64,000 bases of DNA from assembly GCA_050115495.1 (NCBI GenBank), contig JASFQK010000036.1, positions 1 to 64,000 of the forward strand, read 5' to 3'. This document shows, piece after piece, positions 8,856 to 17,490 of this stretch. The stretch is from Phycisphaerae bacterium. GTDB lineage: Bacteria; Planctomycetota; Phycisphaerae; UBA1845; Fen-1342. The notes beneath the pieces are model-generated. The model made no database searches and was not told where the DNA came from. It saw only the letters and a list, made by a program, of their open reading frames with translations. Each line of letters opens with the position of its first letter. Position 1 is the first letter of the stretch. The position numbers and the translations under genes are program-made.

Positions 8856-10007
8856 TCACCTCGCCAGGACGAGTCTCTCGCGTCCCATGATGCCGATGAT
8901 GATGACTACAACCAATCCGATGATGACGATGTGCGGGGCGTAGGTGGCGGCCCCGACCATCGAGAAATTGTGGGCGATCGCCGCCCCGGTCAGCATGCCG
9001 AGCACGAAGATGGCGGCGTCGCCGTCACCCTCGCCCGACAGGAACACCTGCCGGCCCGGACAGCCGCCGGCCAGCGTGAACGACAATCCGGCCAGCACCA
9101 TGCCCATGAAGTTGAGCCAGTGCACGGTGTGGGCCGCGGGCTGCATGATGGGCTTGCCGTCTTCGCCGACGCCGAGCGTGAACCCCGGCTCGAACTGGCC
9201 GTAGAGCAGGTTCAGCACAAGGGCGGCGACGAGGAAGGCCAGGACGCCACTGACGAGGTGGAAGTCGCGCATGAGGATGACGTCGCGCAGACCGCCGACC
9301 GTGCAGAAGCGTGTACGCTGGGCGAGGAAGCCGATGAGCAGGCCGGCCGCCGTCGAGACCCAGACGAGGGCGTGCTGGGACCCCGGCACGGTCGTGCTGC
9401 GGAACAGCGCCGCGGAGCCTTCCTTGCCGAACGTCGGGTACAGGAAGCACAGCACGAGCAGCACGAGCATCACGAAGGGCATGGCCAGACCGGCGACCAT
9501 CCGTGACGGATACGAACGCCCCAGGCTGAAGCCCATCTTCAGGAACTGCACGCCGGCGGCGATGCCCACCACGAGGCCGGCGAGGCCGAGAATGGCGTTC
9601 CAGTCACCCCCTGCCAGCCGTAACAGTGCCCGCCACGGGCAGCCGAGGAACACAAGTGCCCCGCACATGGCGAACATGCCGAGGACGAAGCGGACGACGG
9701 GTGAAGATCCGGTCCGCGGGCGGAACTCGCCGAAGATGAGGGCGGCGATGAACGCTCCGAGGCAGAATGCCGGGATTTCGGGCCGGAGGTACTGGACGAT
9801 CGCGGCCCGGTGCAGGCCAAGTGCGCCGGCGATGTCCCGTGTGAAGCAGGCGACGCAGATCCCCATGTTCTTCGGGTTACCAAAGGGGTTCTTTTCCCAG
9901 CCGGAGGGCACCTTCTGTAGAGACAGCGTCGCTGCCAGACACCCGATCACCAGGCCGACCACGATGACGCCGGCCGGAGTGGCGAAGAAGCCACCCACCC
10001 GTTTCAT
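8856..10007 (-). CDS. yedE: YedE family putative selenium transporter
   Basis: GNPKNMGICVACFTRDIAGALGLHRA, YLRPEI, LGCPWR, QRTRFCTVGG, GGCPGRQ; many TM helices; AGGAG SD before ATG 10007. Confidence 0.88.
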   Translation of the reverse strand: MKRVGGFFATPAGVIVVGLVIGCLAATLSLQKVPSGWEKNPFGNPKNMGICVACFTRDIAGALGLHRAAIVQYLRPEIPAFCLGAFIAALIFGEFRPRTGSSPVVRFVLGMFAMCGALVFLGCPWRALLRLAGGDWNAILGLAGLVVGIAAGVQFLKMGFSLGRSYPSRMVAGLAMPFVMLVLLVLCFLYPTFGKEGSAALFRSTTVPGSQHALVWVSTAAGLLIGFLAQRTRFCTVGGLRDVILMRDFHLVSGVLAFLVAALVLNLLYGQFEPGFTLGVGEDGKPIMQPAAHTVHWLNFMGMVLAGLSFTLAGGCPGRQVFLSGEGDGDAAIFVLGMLTGAAIAHNFSMVGAATYAPHIVIIGLVVVIIIGIMGRERLVLAR

Positions 10008-10418
10008 GCGGTACACTCCTTTCTGCGGCGCCGGGTCGCAGCGGCCCGGTCAGCCGGACTGCTCCGGCGTGGCGCGCGTCGATCGTGCGCACGGCCGGAG
10101 CCTGCCACCAGCACGTTTGGTTGCCTGTTTGAGGGGAAGGAGGCGTCCGGAGCTACCTGGCGCAGCTCATGTGCGGGCCGAGGGCAGAGTCCCCGGCATC
10201 CGTGTCGTCCGTGAGCGGTGCGCCCCGAACCGGGGCGGTTGGGCTCGATATTCATGTACGGATGCGCCGCAGCAACGAGCCAGCCTCCTGCGCGAATGTA
10301 AATAGCGCGATAAGTGTACCGATTACGCGGGGCGGCGGCCACCCTGGCGGCGGCAGGGGAGCGGCAAACGTCCGGAAATGTCGCCGCGGGATTGCGGCCA
10401 GACGAGGCGGACGGGCTG

Positions 10419-10447
10419 TTGACCCCGGTGGGCGGTTCCGCTAGATT
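10419..10447 (+). promoter_or_regulatory. sigma70 promoter for the tRNA-Gln/glmU/prs operon
   Basis: TTGACC-N17-TAGATT. Confidence 0.65.
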
Positions 10448-10452
10448 ACTGT

Positions 10453-10610
10453 GCTCCGGTCTCGCCACGAGCCGGAGATTTACACCCGCGAGCGGGGCAC
10501 GTGGGCCCGGAGCCCACAATGGGACGGCTGGCACGCGGCAGCCGGCTCAGGCCTCAGAGCGGGTCTGCAACCGCGCATGCATGAACTGAACTCGTGGCGA
10601 CTCGGGCAGC
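10453..10610 (+). ncRNA. Candidate structured ncRNA or leader RNA (family unassigned; 6S-like possible)
   Basis: Perfect 10-bp closing stem 10462-10471/10591-10600 enclosing four hairpins, starting at the predicted TSS. Confidence 0.4.
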
Positions 10611-10648
10611 GGATCGCGGGCGAAATCCCCGTCTCCGGCGATCTCGAG

Positions 10649-10719
10649 TACCCGGTGGTGTAATGGTAACACACCAGGTTTTGGTCCTGGTATTCCAGGT
10701 TCGAGTCCTGGCCGGGTAG
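10649..10719 (+). tRNA. tRNA-Gln(TTG), CCA not encoded
   Basis: TACCCGG acceptor/CCGGGTA, D-arm GTGT-AATGGTA-ACAC, anticodon arm CCAGG-TTTTGGT-CCTGG, T-arm CCAGG-TTCGAGT-CCTGG. Confidence 0.97.
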
Positions 10720-10769
10720 CTTCTTCGCCGGCCGCCTGAGAACCGGAAGGTGCTGCGGAGCCGTTCTGT

Positions 10770-11741
10770 ATGAGTAGCCCACGCATTGGCGCCGTCATCC
10801 TCGCCGCCGGCCAGGGCACGCGACTGAAGTCGCAGCATCCCAAGGTCCTGCACGAGGTGTGTGGGCGGCCGATGCTGGCGTACGTGCTGGATGCCTGTCG
10901 GGCGGCGGGCATCACCGAGTGCATCGTGGTCGTCGGCCACCGCAAGGAAGAGGTCGTCGCGGCGTTTGCCGACGACGGCCACATTCGGTGGGTCGAGCAG
11001 AACCCGCAACGCGGTACCGGTCACGCGGTCATGGTCTGCCGCCAGGAGATCGCCGGCCGGTTTGACCATCTGGTCGTTCTCTGCGGCGATGCCCCGCTGG
11101 TGCGGACCGAGACGATCCGGGCCATGCTGGACGTGCACCTGGCGGAAGGGGCGGCGGCGACGTTGGCCACGGCGATCTTCGACGATCCGGCCGGCTATGG
11201 GCGGATCTGGCGCGACGCCGACGGTAAGCTGCTGGGCATCGTCGAGCACCGCGACTGCACGCCGGCGCAGCTCGAGATTCGCGAGATCAATCCCGGCTAT
11301 TACGCGTTCAAGCTGCCGGAGTTCCTCGGGGCGCTCGACCAGCTTACGCCGAACAACGCCAAGAACGAGTATTACATCACGGATACGATCGCGCACCTGC
11401 TGGCGGCGGGGCACAAGGCCATGGCGGTGACGTCGGTGGCGCCGGAGGACGTGTTCGGCATCAACTCGCGACAGCATCTGGCGCTGGTGAATCGCGTCAT
11501 GCGCGACCGCATCCTCGACCGCCTGATGAGCGACGGCGTGACCATCGTCGACCCGGCCAGCACGTGGATCGACGGGCGGGCGACGGTCGGCGCGGACACG
11601 GTGATTCACCCGCACGTCTGCGTCGAGGGGCCGGCGTGCATCGGTCCGGGTTGCGTGGTGGGGCCGTTTGCGGTGGTCCGCGGTCCGGTCACGCTGGCGG
11701 AGCGCAGCGTGGTTCCCCCCTTCAGCGGAGGCAGGGCATGA
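10770..11741 (+). CDS. glmU: GlmU-like nucleotidyltransferase with shortened hexapeptide domain
   Basis: ILAAGQGTRLKS..PKVLH, GTGHAV, GDAPL, GYGRI, EYYITD, GINSR; only a few hexapeptide turns, 323 aa. Confidence 0.8.
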   Translation: MSSPRIGAVILAAGQGTRLKSQHPKVLHEVCGRPMLAYVLDACRAAGITECIVVVGHRKEEVVAAFADDGHIRWVEQNPQRGTGHAVMVCRQEIAGRFDHLVVLCGDAPLVRTETIRAMLDVHLAEGAAATLATAIFDDPAGYGRIWRDADGKLLGIVEHRDCTPAQLEIREINPGYYAFKLPEFLGALDQLTPNNAKNEYYITDTIAHLLAAGHKAMAVTSVAPEDVFGINSRQHLALVNRVMRDRILDRLMSDGVTIVDPASTWIDGRATVGADTVIHPHVCVEGPACIGPGCVVGPFAVVRGPVTLAERSVVPPFSGGRA

Positions 11742-12682
11742 CCGACATCCGCGTTTTCTCCGGCCGGGGCAACCCGGCGCTGGCCGACCACATCGCCGAG
11801 TATCTCGGTTTGCCGCTGGGGCGAGTGCTCTTGGACGAGTTTCCCGACGGCGAGATCTCGCTGAAGTTGTTCGAGGATGTGCGCGGCCGCGACGCTTTCG
11901 TGGTGCAGTCGACCTGCCCGCCGGCGAACACCAACCTGATGGAGCTGCTGATCTTCATCGACTGCCTGAAGCGGGCGTCGGCGCAGCGCATCACGGCGGT
12001 GATTCCGTACTTCGGCTATGCCCGGCAGGATCGCAAGGATGAGGGACGCGTACCGATCACGGCGAAGCTGGTCGCCGACCTGCTGACCAAGGCGGGGGCG
12101 GACCGCGTGCTGACGCTGGAGCTGCACGCCGCCCAGATCCAGGGCTTCTTCGATATTCCGGTGGACAACCTGTCGGCACAGCCGGTGCTGTCGGCGCACT
12201 TCGAGTCGCTCAATCTGGAGCCGTTGACGCTGGTCAGCCCGGACGTGGGCAATGCCAAGCAGTCGCGCGTGTACGCCGACCGCATGAACGCCTCGCTGGC
12301 CATCATCGACAAGCGCCGCATCAGCGGGACGGAGACGTCGTCGATGGCCATCATCGGCGACGTGAAGGACCGCAACGTGCTGATGATCGACGACATCATC
12401 GCCACGGCCGGCACGGTCTTGCAGGCCTGCCGGCTGGTCCGCCAGCATGGGGCCAAGCGGATCATCGTGGCGGCCACGCACGGCGTGCTGTGCGGCCCGG
12501 CCGTCGACCGGCTGGCGGAGGCCCCGGTCGATCACGTGGTCGTGACCGATACGATTCCCGTGCCCGAGGCGGTGCGGGCCCGGCTGAAGAACATCGCCAT
12601 TTTGACCGTCAGCGAACTGCTCGGCGAGGCGATCCGCCGGATCCACCGCAATGAGTCCGTCAGTAGCCTGTTCATGAAATAG
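11738..12682 (+). CDS. prs: Ribose-phosphate pyrophosphokinase
   Basis: FPDGEI, PYFGYARQDRK, LHAAQIQGFF, VSPDVG, IDDIIATAGT; ATGA overlap. Confidence 0.96.
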   Translation: MTDIRVFSGRGNPALADHIAEYLGLPLGRVLLDEFPDGEISLKLFEDVRGRDAFVVQSTCPPANTNLMELLIFIDCLKRASAQRITAVIPYFGYARQDRKDEGRVPITAKLVADLLTKAGADRVLTLELHAAQIQGFFDIPVDNLSAQPVLSAHFESLNLEPLTLVSPDVGNAKQSRVYADRMNASLAIIDKRRISGTETSSMAIIGDVKDRNVLMIDDIIATAGTVLQACRLVRQHGAKRIIVAATHGVLCGPAVDRLAEAPVDHVVVTDTIPVPEAVRARLKNIAILTVSELLGEAIRRIHRNESVSSLFMK

Positions 12683-12739
12683 ATGCCGTCGGCGCCGGCG
12701 ACGACGCCGGCGGGCGGCCCGCGCAAAGGAGTCCGCAAC

Positions 12740-13393
12740 ATGGAGATCCCCGCGATTCGTAGCGAGAAGCGCGAGCACGGCGGCCACGGAGCCAACGATC
12801 GCTTGCGCCGGCGCGGCCTGGTGCCGGCCGTCATCTACGGGCATCAGCAGGCGCCCGTGATGATCGCCGTCTCCCGGCACGACCTGGAGCTGGCCCTCGA
12901 GCATTCGAAGCACGTGGTGCAGCTCGACGCCGAAGGGCAGGCCGCCCAGTACCTGGTCAAGGACGTGCAGTACGACCACCTGCACAAGGATGCCGTGCAC
13001 GTCGACTTCATGCGGGCCGCTCGCGACGAGCGCGTCCACGTGAAGGTGGGCCTGGAGCTCAAGGGCGAGCCGCACGGCACGCACGAGGGCGGTGAATTGG
13101 TGCAGCTCATCACCGACCTCGATCTTGAGTGCCCGCTCAACGAGATCCCCGAGATGCTCACCGAGAACGTCAAGCACCTCGGTCTGGCCGAGGCGCTGCA
13201 CGTGAAGGACCTCAAGCTGCCGTCGCACCTCAAGCCGCTGCACGCCCCCGACGACATCATCGCGATCGTGCGGCCGAAGCGTGGGGTGAGCGTCACTGAG
13301 GAAGAGGGCGCGGTGCCCGCCGAAGAGGCCAGCAATGAGCCCGAGGTGATCGGCCGCGGACCGAAGGAGTCGGAGGACGAGGGTGGAGCGTAG
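12740..13393 (+). CDS. rplY: 50S ribosomal protein L25/Ctc (long form)
   Basis: LRRRGLVPAVIYG, VKDVQYD, HVDF; AAGGAG SD; prs-rplY-pth synteny. Confidence 0.93.
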   Translation: MEIPAIRSEKREHGGHGANDRLRRRGLVPAVIYGHQQAPVMIAVSRHDLELALEHSKHVVQLDAEGQAAQYLVKDVQYDHLHKDAVHVDFMRAARDERVHVKVGLELKGEPHGTHEGGELVQLITDLDLECPLNEIPEMLTENVKHLGLAEALHVKDLKLPSHLKPLHAPDDIIAIVRPKRGVSVTEEEGAVPAEEASNEPEVIGRGPKESEDEGGA

Positions 13394-13395
13394 CG

Positions 13396-14007
13396 GTGAA
13401 GCTCATCGCCGGCCTCGGCAATCCCGGCCCGCGCTACGAGCACTCGCGCCACAACATGGGTTTCCGGTTGGTGGCCGAGCTCGCCCAGCGCTGGCAGGCG
13501 CCCGCGCCGCGCTTCGAGCGCCGCTTCGAGGGGCTGCTGGCCGAGGCACAGCATGCCGGCCAGCGGGTCCTGCTCCTGCAACCGCAGACGTACATGAACC
13601 TCAGCGGCCGCAGTGTGGCTGCGGTCTGGCGCTACTACCGCCTGTCGCTGGCCGATTTGCTGGTGATCAACGACGAGTTGGATCTGCCGGTGGGGCGGAT
13701 TCGGCTGCGGGCGGGCGGCTCGTCGGGCGGGCACAAGGGCCTGGACGACGTGATTCGCTGCGTGGGCGACGAAGGATTCGCCCGGCTGCGGATCGGCATC
13801 GGCAAGGTGGATCGTTCGGCGACGGTCGAATACGTGCTGACCGGCTTTGCCCCCCAGGAGCGTGAGGTGATCGAGACCGCGATCGTGACGGCTGCCGACG
13901 CCGTGGAGGCCTGGCTCGCCCGGGGTATCGCCGCCGCGATGAACGACTTCAATCGCAAACCCGGCGGGGCGCCGACGGCCGACCCGCCCAAAGGAGACGA
14001 ACCTTGA
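13396..14007 (+). CDS. pth: Peptidyl-tRNA hydrolase
   Basis: GLGNPG, RHNMGF, PQTYMNLSG, GGHKGL, RLRIGIG. Confidence 0.96.
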   Translation: MKLIAGLGNPGPRYEHSRHNMGFRLVAELAQRWQAPAPRFERRFEGLLAEAQHAGQRVLLLQPQTYMNLSGRSVAAVWRYYRLSLADLLVINDELDLPVGRIRLRAGGSSGGHKGLDDVIRCVGDEGFARLRIGIGKVDRSATVEYVLTGFAPQEREVIETAIVTAADAVEAWLARGIAAAMNDFNRKPGGAPTADPPKGDEP

Positions 14008-14540
14008 GACGCTACGAAGCCATGTTCCTGTTTGACAGCTCGGTCGCCCGCGACTGGGAGGCGATCGAGCAGGAAGTGCACCGCCTGTGCAACCGCATCG
14101 GGGCGGAGCTGCTGGTCTGCGTGAAGTACGACGAGCGCAAGCTGGCCTACGAGATCAAGCGGCGCAAGCGGGGCACGTACGTGCTGACCTACCTCGAGGC
14201 TTCTCCCGAGCGCATCGTCGACCTCGAGCGTGACGCCCGCCTGAGCGAGCTCATCCTGCGTCTGCTCGTCCTGCAGGCGGACGACGTTCCCGAGGAGCGC
14301 ATCGCCGAACTGAAGACGTGGCCGGCGGACACGCCGCTCCAGCCCGCGTCCAGCGAGCGGCGGCACGACGACCACGACCACCGTAGTCCGCGTGGTCCGC
14401 GCGACCGCGACCGCGATCGTGAGCGTGATCGTGATCGCGGTGGTTCGCCCGATCGTGCCGGCGATAACAGCCCCAGCGATAACGCCTCCAGCGATGGCGC
14501 GTCCAGCAATGACGGGCCGAGCGACAACTCGGATTCCTGA
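14004..14540 (+). CDS. rpsF: 30S ribosomal protein S6 with long low-complexity C-tail
   Basis: MRRYEAMFL, RKLAYEIK, GTYVL, ILRLLV; TTG start; precedes ssb. Confidence 0.9.
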   Translation: MRRYEAMFLFDSSVARDWEAIEQEVHRLCNRIGAELLVCVKYDERKLAYEIKRRKRGTYVLTYLEASPERIVDLERDARLSELILRLLVLQADDVPEERIAELKTWPADTPLQPASSERRHDDHDHRSPRGPRDRDRDRERDRDRGGSPDRAGDNSPSDNASSDGASSNDGPSDNSDS

Positions 14541-14576
14541 GCCAGCGTCCCAACGCCAACCCGGCAGGAGTGAGAC

Positions 14577-15023
14577 ATGGCCAACTTCAACAAAGTCATC
14601 CTGATGGGCAACCTGACGCGTGATCCCCAGCTCCGCTATCTGCCCAGCAACATGGCCGTCTGTGAGTTCGGCCTGGCCGTCAACCGCCGCTTCCGAGACC
14701 GGGAGGGCAACCAGAAGGAGGAGACCTGCTTCGTCGATATCTCCGCCTTCGGCCGCACGGCAGAGACCATTAACCAGTACATGACCAAGGGCCGCCCGAT
14801 CCTCATCGAGGGGCGCCTGCGGTTTGACCAGTGGACCGGCCAGGACGGGCAGAAACGCTCGAAGCTCACCGTCGTTGCCGAGAACTTCCAGTTCGTCGGC
14901 AGCCGGGAGGGCGGCTCCGGCGGTGGCGGCGGCGGGTACGACCGCTCCGCCCAGGGCCCGGGCGATGCGGTGGATCGCGGCGGCCCGTCCGGCGAGCCGT
15001 CCCCCGACGATATTCCGTTCTGA
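14577..15023 (+). CDS. ssb: Single-stranded DNA-binding protein
   Basis: NKVILMGNLTRDP, KGRPILIEGRL, C-terminal DDIPF. Confidence 0.97.
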   Translation: MANFNKVILMGNLTRDPQLRYLPSNMAVCEFGLAVNRRFRDREGNQKEETCFVDISAFGRTAETINQYMTKGRPILIEGRLRFDQWTGQDGQKRSKLTVVAENFQFVGSREGGSGGGGGGYDRSAQGPGDAVDRGGPSGEPSPDDIPF

Positions 15024-15067
15024 CCTTCAGGAACCAATTGTGAACCCCTGCTGCTGAGAAACACACT

Positions 15068-15343
15068 ATGAACGGTTCGAAAAGCAGAGCACGAGGCAAG
15101 ATGCGCGGTCGGCCCAAGCGCAAGCGGTCCAGCCGCTCGCAGGACGCCATGCGTTTCCGCGGCGCCGGCGTGAAGATGGAAGAGATCAACTACAAGAACG
15201 TCGCCCTGTTGCAGCGCCTGACCAGCGCCCAGGGCAAGCTGTTCTCACGGAAGCGCACCGGCCTGCCCGCCGAGATGCAGCGGCGCGCCGCGCTGGCGCT
15301 GAAGCGGGCGCGCTTCATCGCCCTGATGCCCTTTGTCACCTGA
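15068..15343 (+). CDS. rpsR: 30S ribosomal protein S18 (cysteine-free form)
   Basis: INYKNVALL, GKLFSRKRTG, QR..ALKRARFIALMPF. Confidence 0.93.
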   Translation: MNGSKSRARGKMRGRPKRKRSSRSQDAMRFRGAGVKMEEINYKNVALLQRLTSAQGKLFSRKRTGLPAEMQRRAALALKRARFIALMPFVT

Positions 15344-15394
15344 TCCGTCACGGGCCGCGCGCACGCCACGGCCGTTCCGAAAGGAGAACACAGC

Positions 15395-15925
15395 ATGCGT
15401 TTGCTGTTGCTGAAAGACGTCCCCAAGCTCGGTCACCTCGGCGACGTCGTCGAGGTCAAGCCCGGCTACGCCCGCAACCACCTGTTGCCGATGCGGCTGG
15501 CCACCGAGCCCACCGAAGAGAACATCCGGGCCATCGAGGAAGAGCGCAAGCGCGCCGCCGCCGAACGGGCCAAGCGTCTGAAGGTCTTCACGGACCTCAT
15601 CGACAAGCTGGCCGACGTGAGCGTCACCATCGAGGCCGCCGCCAACCCGGAAGGCACGCTGTACGGGTCGGTCGGACCGAAGGAAATCGCCGACGCCCTG
15701 CACGCCCAGGGCTTCGCCGTGCTGCCGGATCACGTTCTTCTTGATCCGCCGCTTCGCACGCTGGATAATCGGGTGGTCACCCTCCAGTTTGCCGACGACC
15801 TGACCGCCGAAGTGAAGGTCTGGGTCGTCCGGCAGGGAGCCGGCGAGCATGGCGAATCCGCAGAACACGAGCAGCCCGAGGACGACGGAGTCGACGACGA
15901 CTACGACGACGACGCGGACGACTGA
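15395..15925 (+). CDS. rplI: 50S ribosomal protein L9
   Basis: LGHLGDVVEVKPGYARNHLLP, GTLYGSV. Confidence 0.95.
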   Translation: MRLLLLKDVPKLGHLGDVVEVKPGYARNHLLPMRLATEPTEENIRAIEEERKRAAAERAKRLKVFTDLIDKLADVSVTIEAAANPEGTLYGSVGPKEIADALHAQGFAVLPDHVLLDPPLRTLDNRVVTLQFADDLTAEVKVWVVRQGAGEHGESAEHEQPEDDGVDDDYDDDADD

Positions 15926-17351
15926 ACCGTCGCCGCTCGGCCGCGTGCTGCCGCACGATGACGACGCCGAGCGGGCCGTCCTCGGCTCGATGATCCTCCA
16001 GAAGGAGGTCATCGCCGACGTGATCACGGTTCTGCGTGACGCCGGCGCGGCCGCCTTCGACAATCCGCGGCACCAGCATCTCTACGAGGTGCTGGTGCAT
16101 TTCTATACGCAGAACCTGCCGATCGACGGGGTGCCCCTGCGTGACGAGCTGACCCGCCGGGGCCTGTGGGAGCAGCTCGGCGGCTACGAGTTCCTCGCCG
16201 GCCTGGTTAACGCGGTCCCTTCGGCCCTGCGGGCCCGGAACTACGCTGACATCGTTCGCGACAAGCACCTGTTGCGGCAGCTTATCGGAGCTACGCACAC
16301 GGTGATGGAGGCCGCCTACGACGGCCAGCTCTCCGCCCAGGATACGCTCGACCTGGCCGAGAAGAAGATCTTCGAAGTCACCGAGCGCCGCGTCTCCGGC
16401 GAGGCCACACCGCTGGCCGTGCTCGTCCAGGAGGCCTTCCACACCATCGAGAAGCGCGGGGACGACATCCTCACCGGCGAGCCGACCGGCTTCACGGTGC
16501 TCAACGAGTACACGTCGGGCCTGCAGCGCTCCGAGCTGGCCATCGTGGCCGGCCGCCCGTCGATGGGCAAAACCGCATTCGGCCTGAACATCGCCGAGCA
16601 CATGGCCATCGTGGAGCACCGGCCGGTGCTGTTCTTCTCGCTGGAGATGAGCCGGCAGCAGGTGGCCCAGCGTGTGCTGTGCAGCCGGGCCCGGGTCGAT
16701 TCGCACCGCATCCGCCGCGGGCGCGTTTCCGACGCCGAACTCGAACAGCTCAAGCACACGGCGGATCAGCTCAGCTCGGCCCCGCTGCTGGTGGACGATA
16801 CGGGCGATCTGACCATCCTGGAGCTGCGGGCTCGGGCCCGCATGGCCCACCGCCGGCATGGCATTCGGGCGATCTTCGTCGATTACCTCCAACTCATGCA
16901 CCTGCCGAAGAGCGAGAGCCGGCAGCAGGAGGTAGCCAGCATCTCCCGCGGGCTGAAGGCGCTGGCCAAGGACCTGGAGGTGCCGGTCGTGGCCATGGCG
17001 CAGCTCAACCGTAAGCCGGAGGACACCGGCCGTCGCGGCAACCGGCCGCGCATGAGCGATTTGCGCGAATCCGGCGCGATCGAGCAGGACGCCGATGTGA
17101 TCATGCTGCTTCATCGCGAGGCGTATTACCGGTCCGGCCCGGCCGATACCGATCCCGAGCAGGTCGGCAACGAGGCCGCCCCCGGCGGCGACGAGAACGT
17201 GGCCGAGCTCATCATCGCCAAGCAGCGCAACGGGCCGGTGGGCACGATCAAGCTGCACTGGAACAGCCGCTACACGCGGTTCGATGACCACGATCCCCGC
17301 GGCATGGATCCCGACTACGCGCCGCCCTACGAAGACCCCACGCCGTTCTAG
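15849..17351 (+). CDS. dnaB: Replicative DNA helicase
   Basis: PHDDDAERAVLGSM, AGRPSMGKT, FSLEM, DYLQLM, AQLNR, SDLRESGAIEQDAD, IAKQRNGP; no intein. Confidence 0.96.
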   Translation: MANPQNTSSPRTTESTTTTTTTRTTEPSPLGRVLPHDDDAERAVLGSMILQKEVIADVITVLRDAGAAAFDNPRHQHLYEVLVHFYTQNLPIDGVPLRDELTRRGLWEQLGGYEFLAGLVNAVPSALRARNYADIVRDKHLLRQLIGATHTVMEAAYDGQLSAQDTLDLAEKKIFEVTERRVSGEATPLAVLVQEAFHTIEKRGDDILTGEPTGFTVLNEYTSGLQRSELAIVAGRPSMGKTAFGLNIAEHMAIVEHRPVLFFSLEMSRQQVAQRVLCSRARVDSHRIRRGRVSDAELEQLKHTADQLSSAPLLVDDTGDLTILELRARARMAHRRHGIRAIFVDYLQLMHLPKSESRQQEVASISRGLKALAKDLEVPVVAMAQLNRKPEDTGRRGNRPRMSDLRESGAIEQDADVIMLLHREAYYRSGPADTDPEQVGNEAAPGGDENVAELIIAKQRNGPVGTIKLHWNSRYTRFDDHDPRGMDPDYAPPYEDPTPF

Positions 17352-17413
17352 GGGGCGCCGGCGGCTCGGTCGCTCCCGAGGTTATCAGTCCAGCCGCATC
17401 GCCGAAGCGATCT

Positions 17414-17443
17414 TTGACATCGCGCCGCGGGCGGCGGTACAAT
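17414..17443 (+). promoter_or_regulatory. sigma70 promoter
   Basis: TTGACA-N18-TACAAT upstream of GGAGGA SD and GTG 17491. Confidence 0.65.
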
Positions 17444-17490
17444 GACTCTGGTTCTCTTGGGGCCAGGGGATCAGGTGTGGGAGGAAGGCA

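Noticed and set aside
10020..10648. tRNA-Sec next to the selenium cluster
   Set aside because: No TCA anticodon arm with a T-loop found; the only tRNA seen is Gln(TTG)
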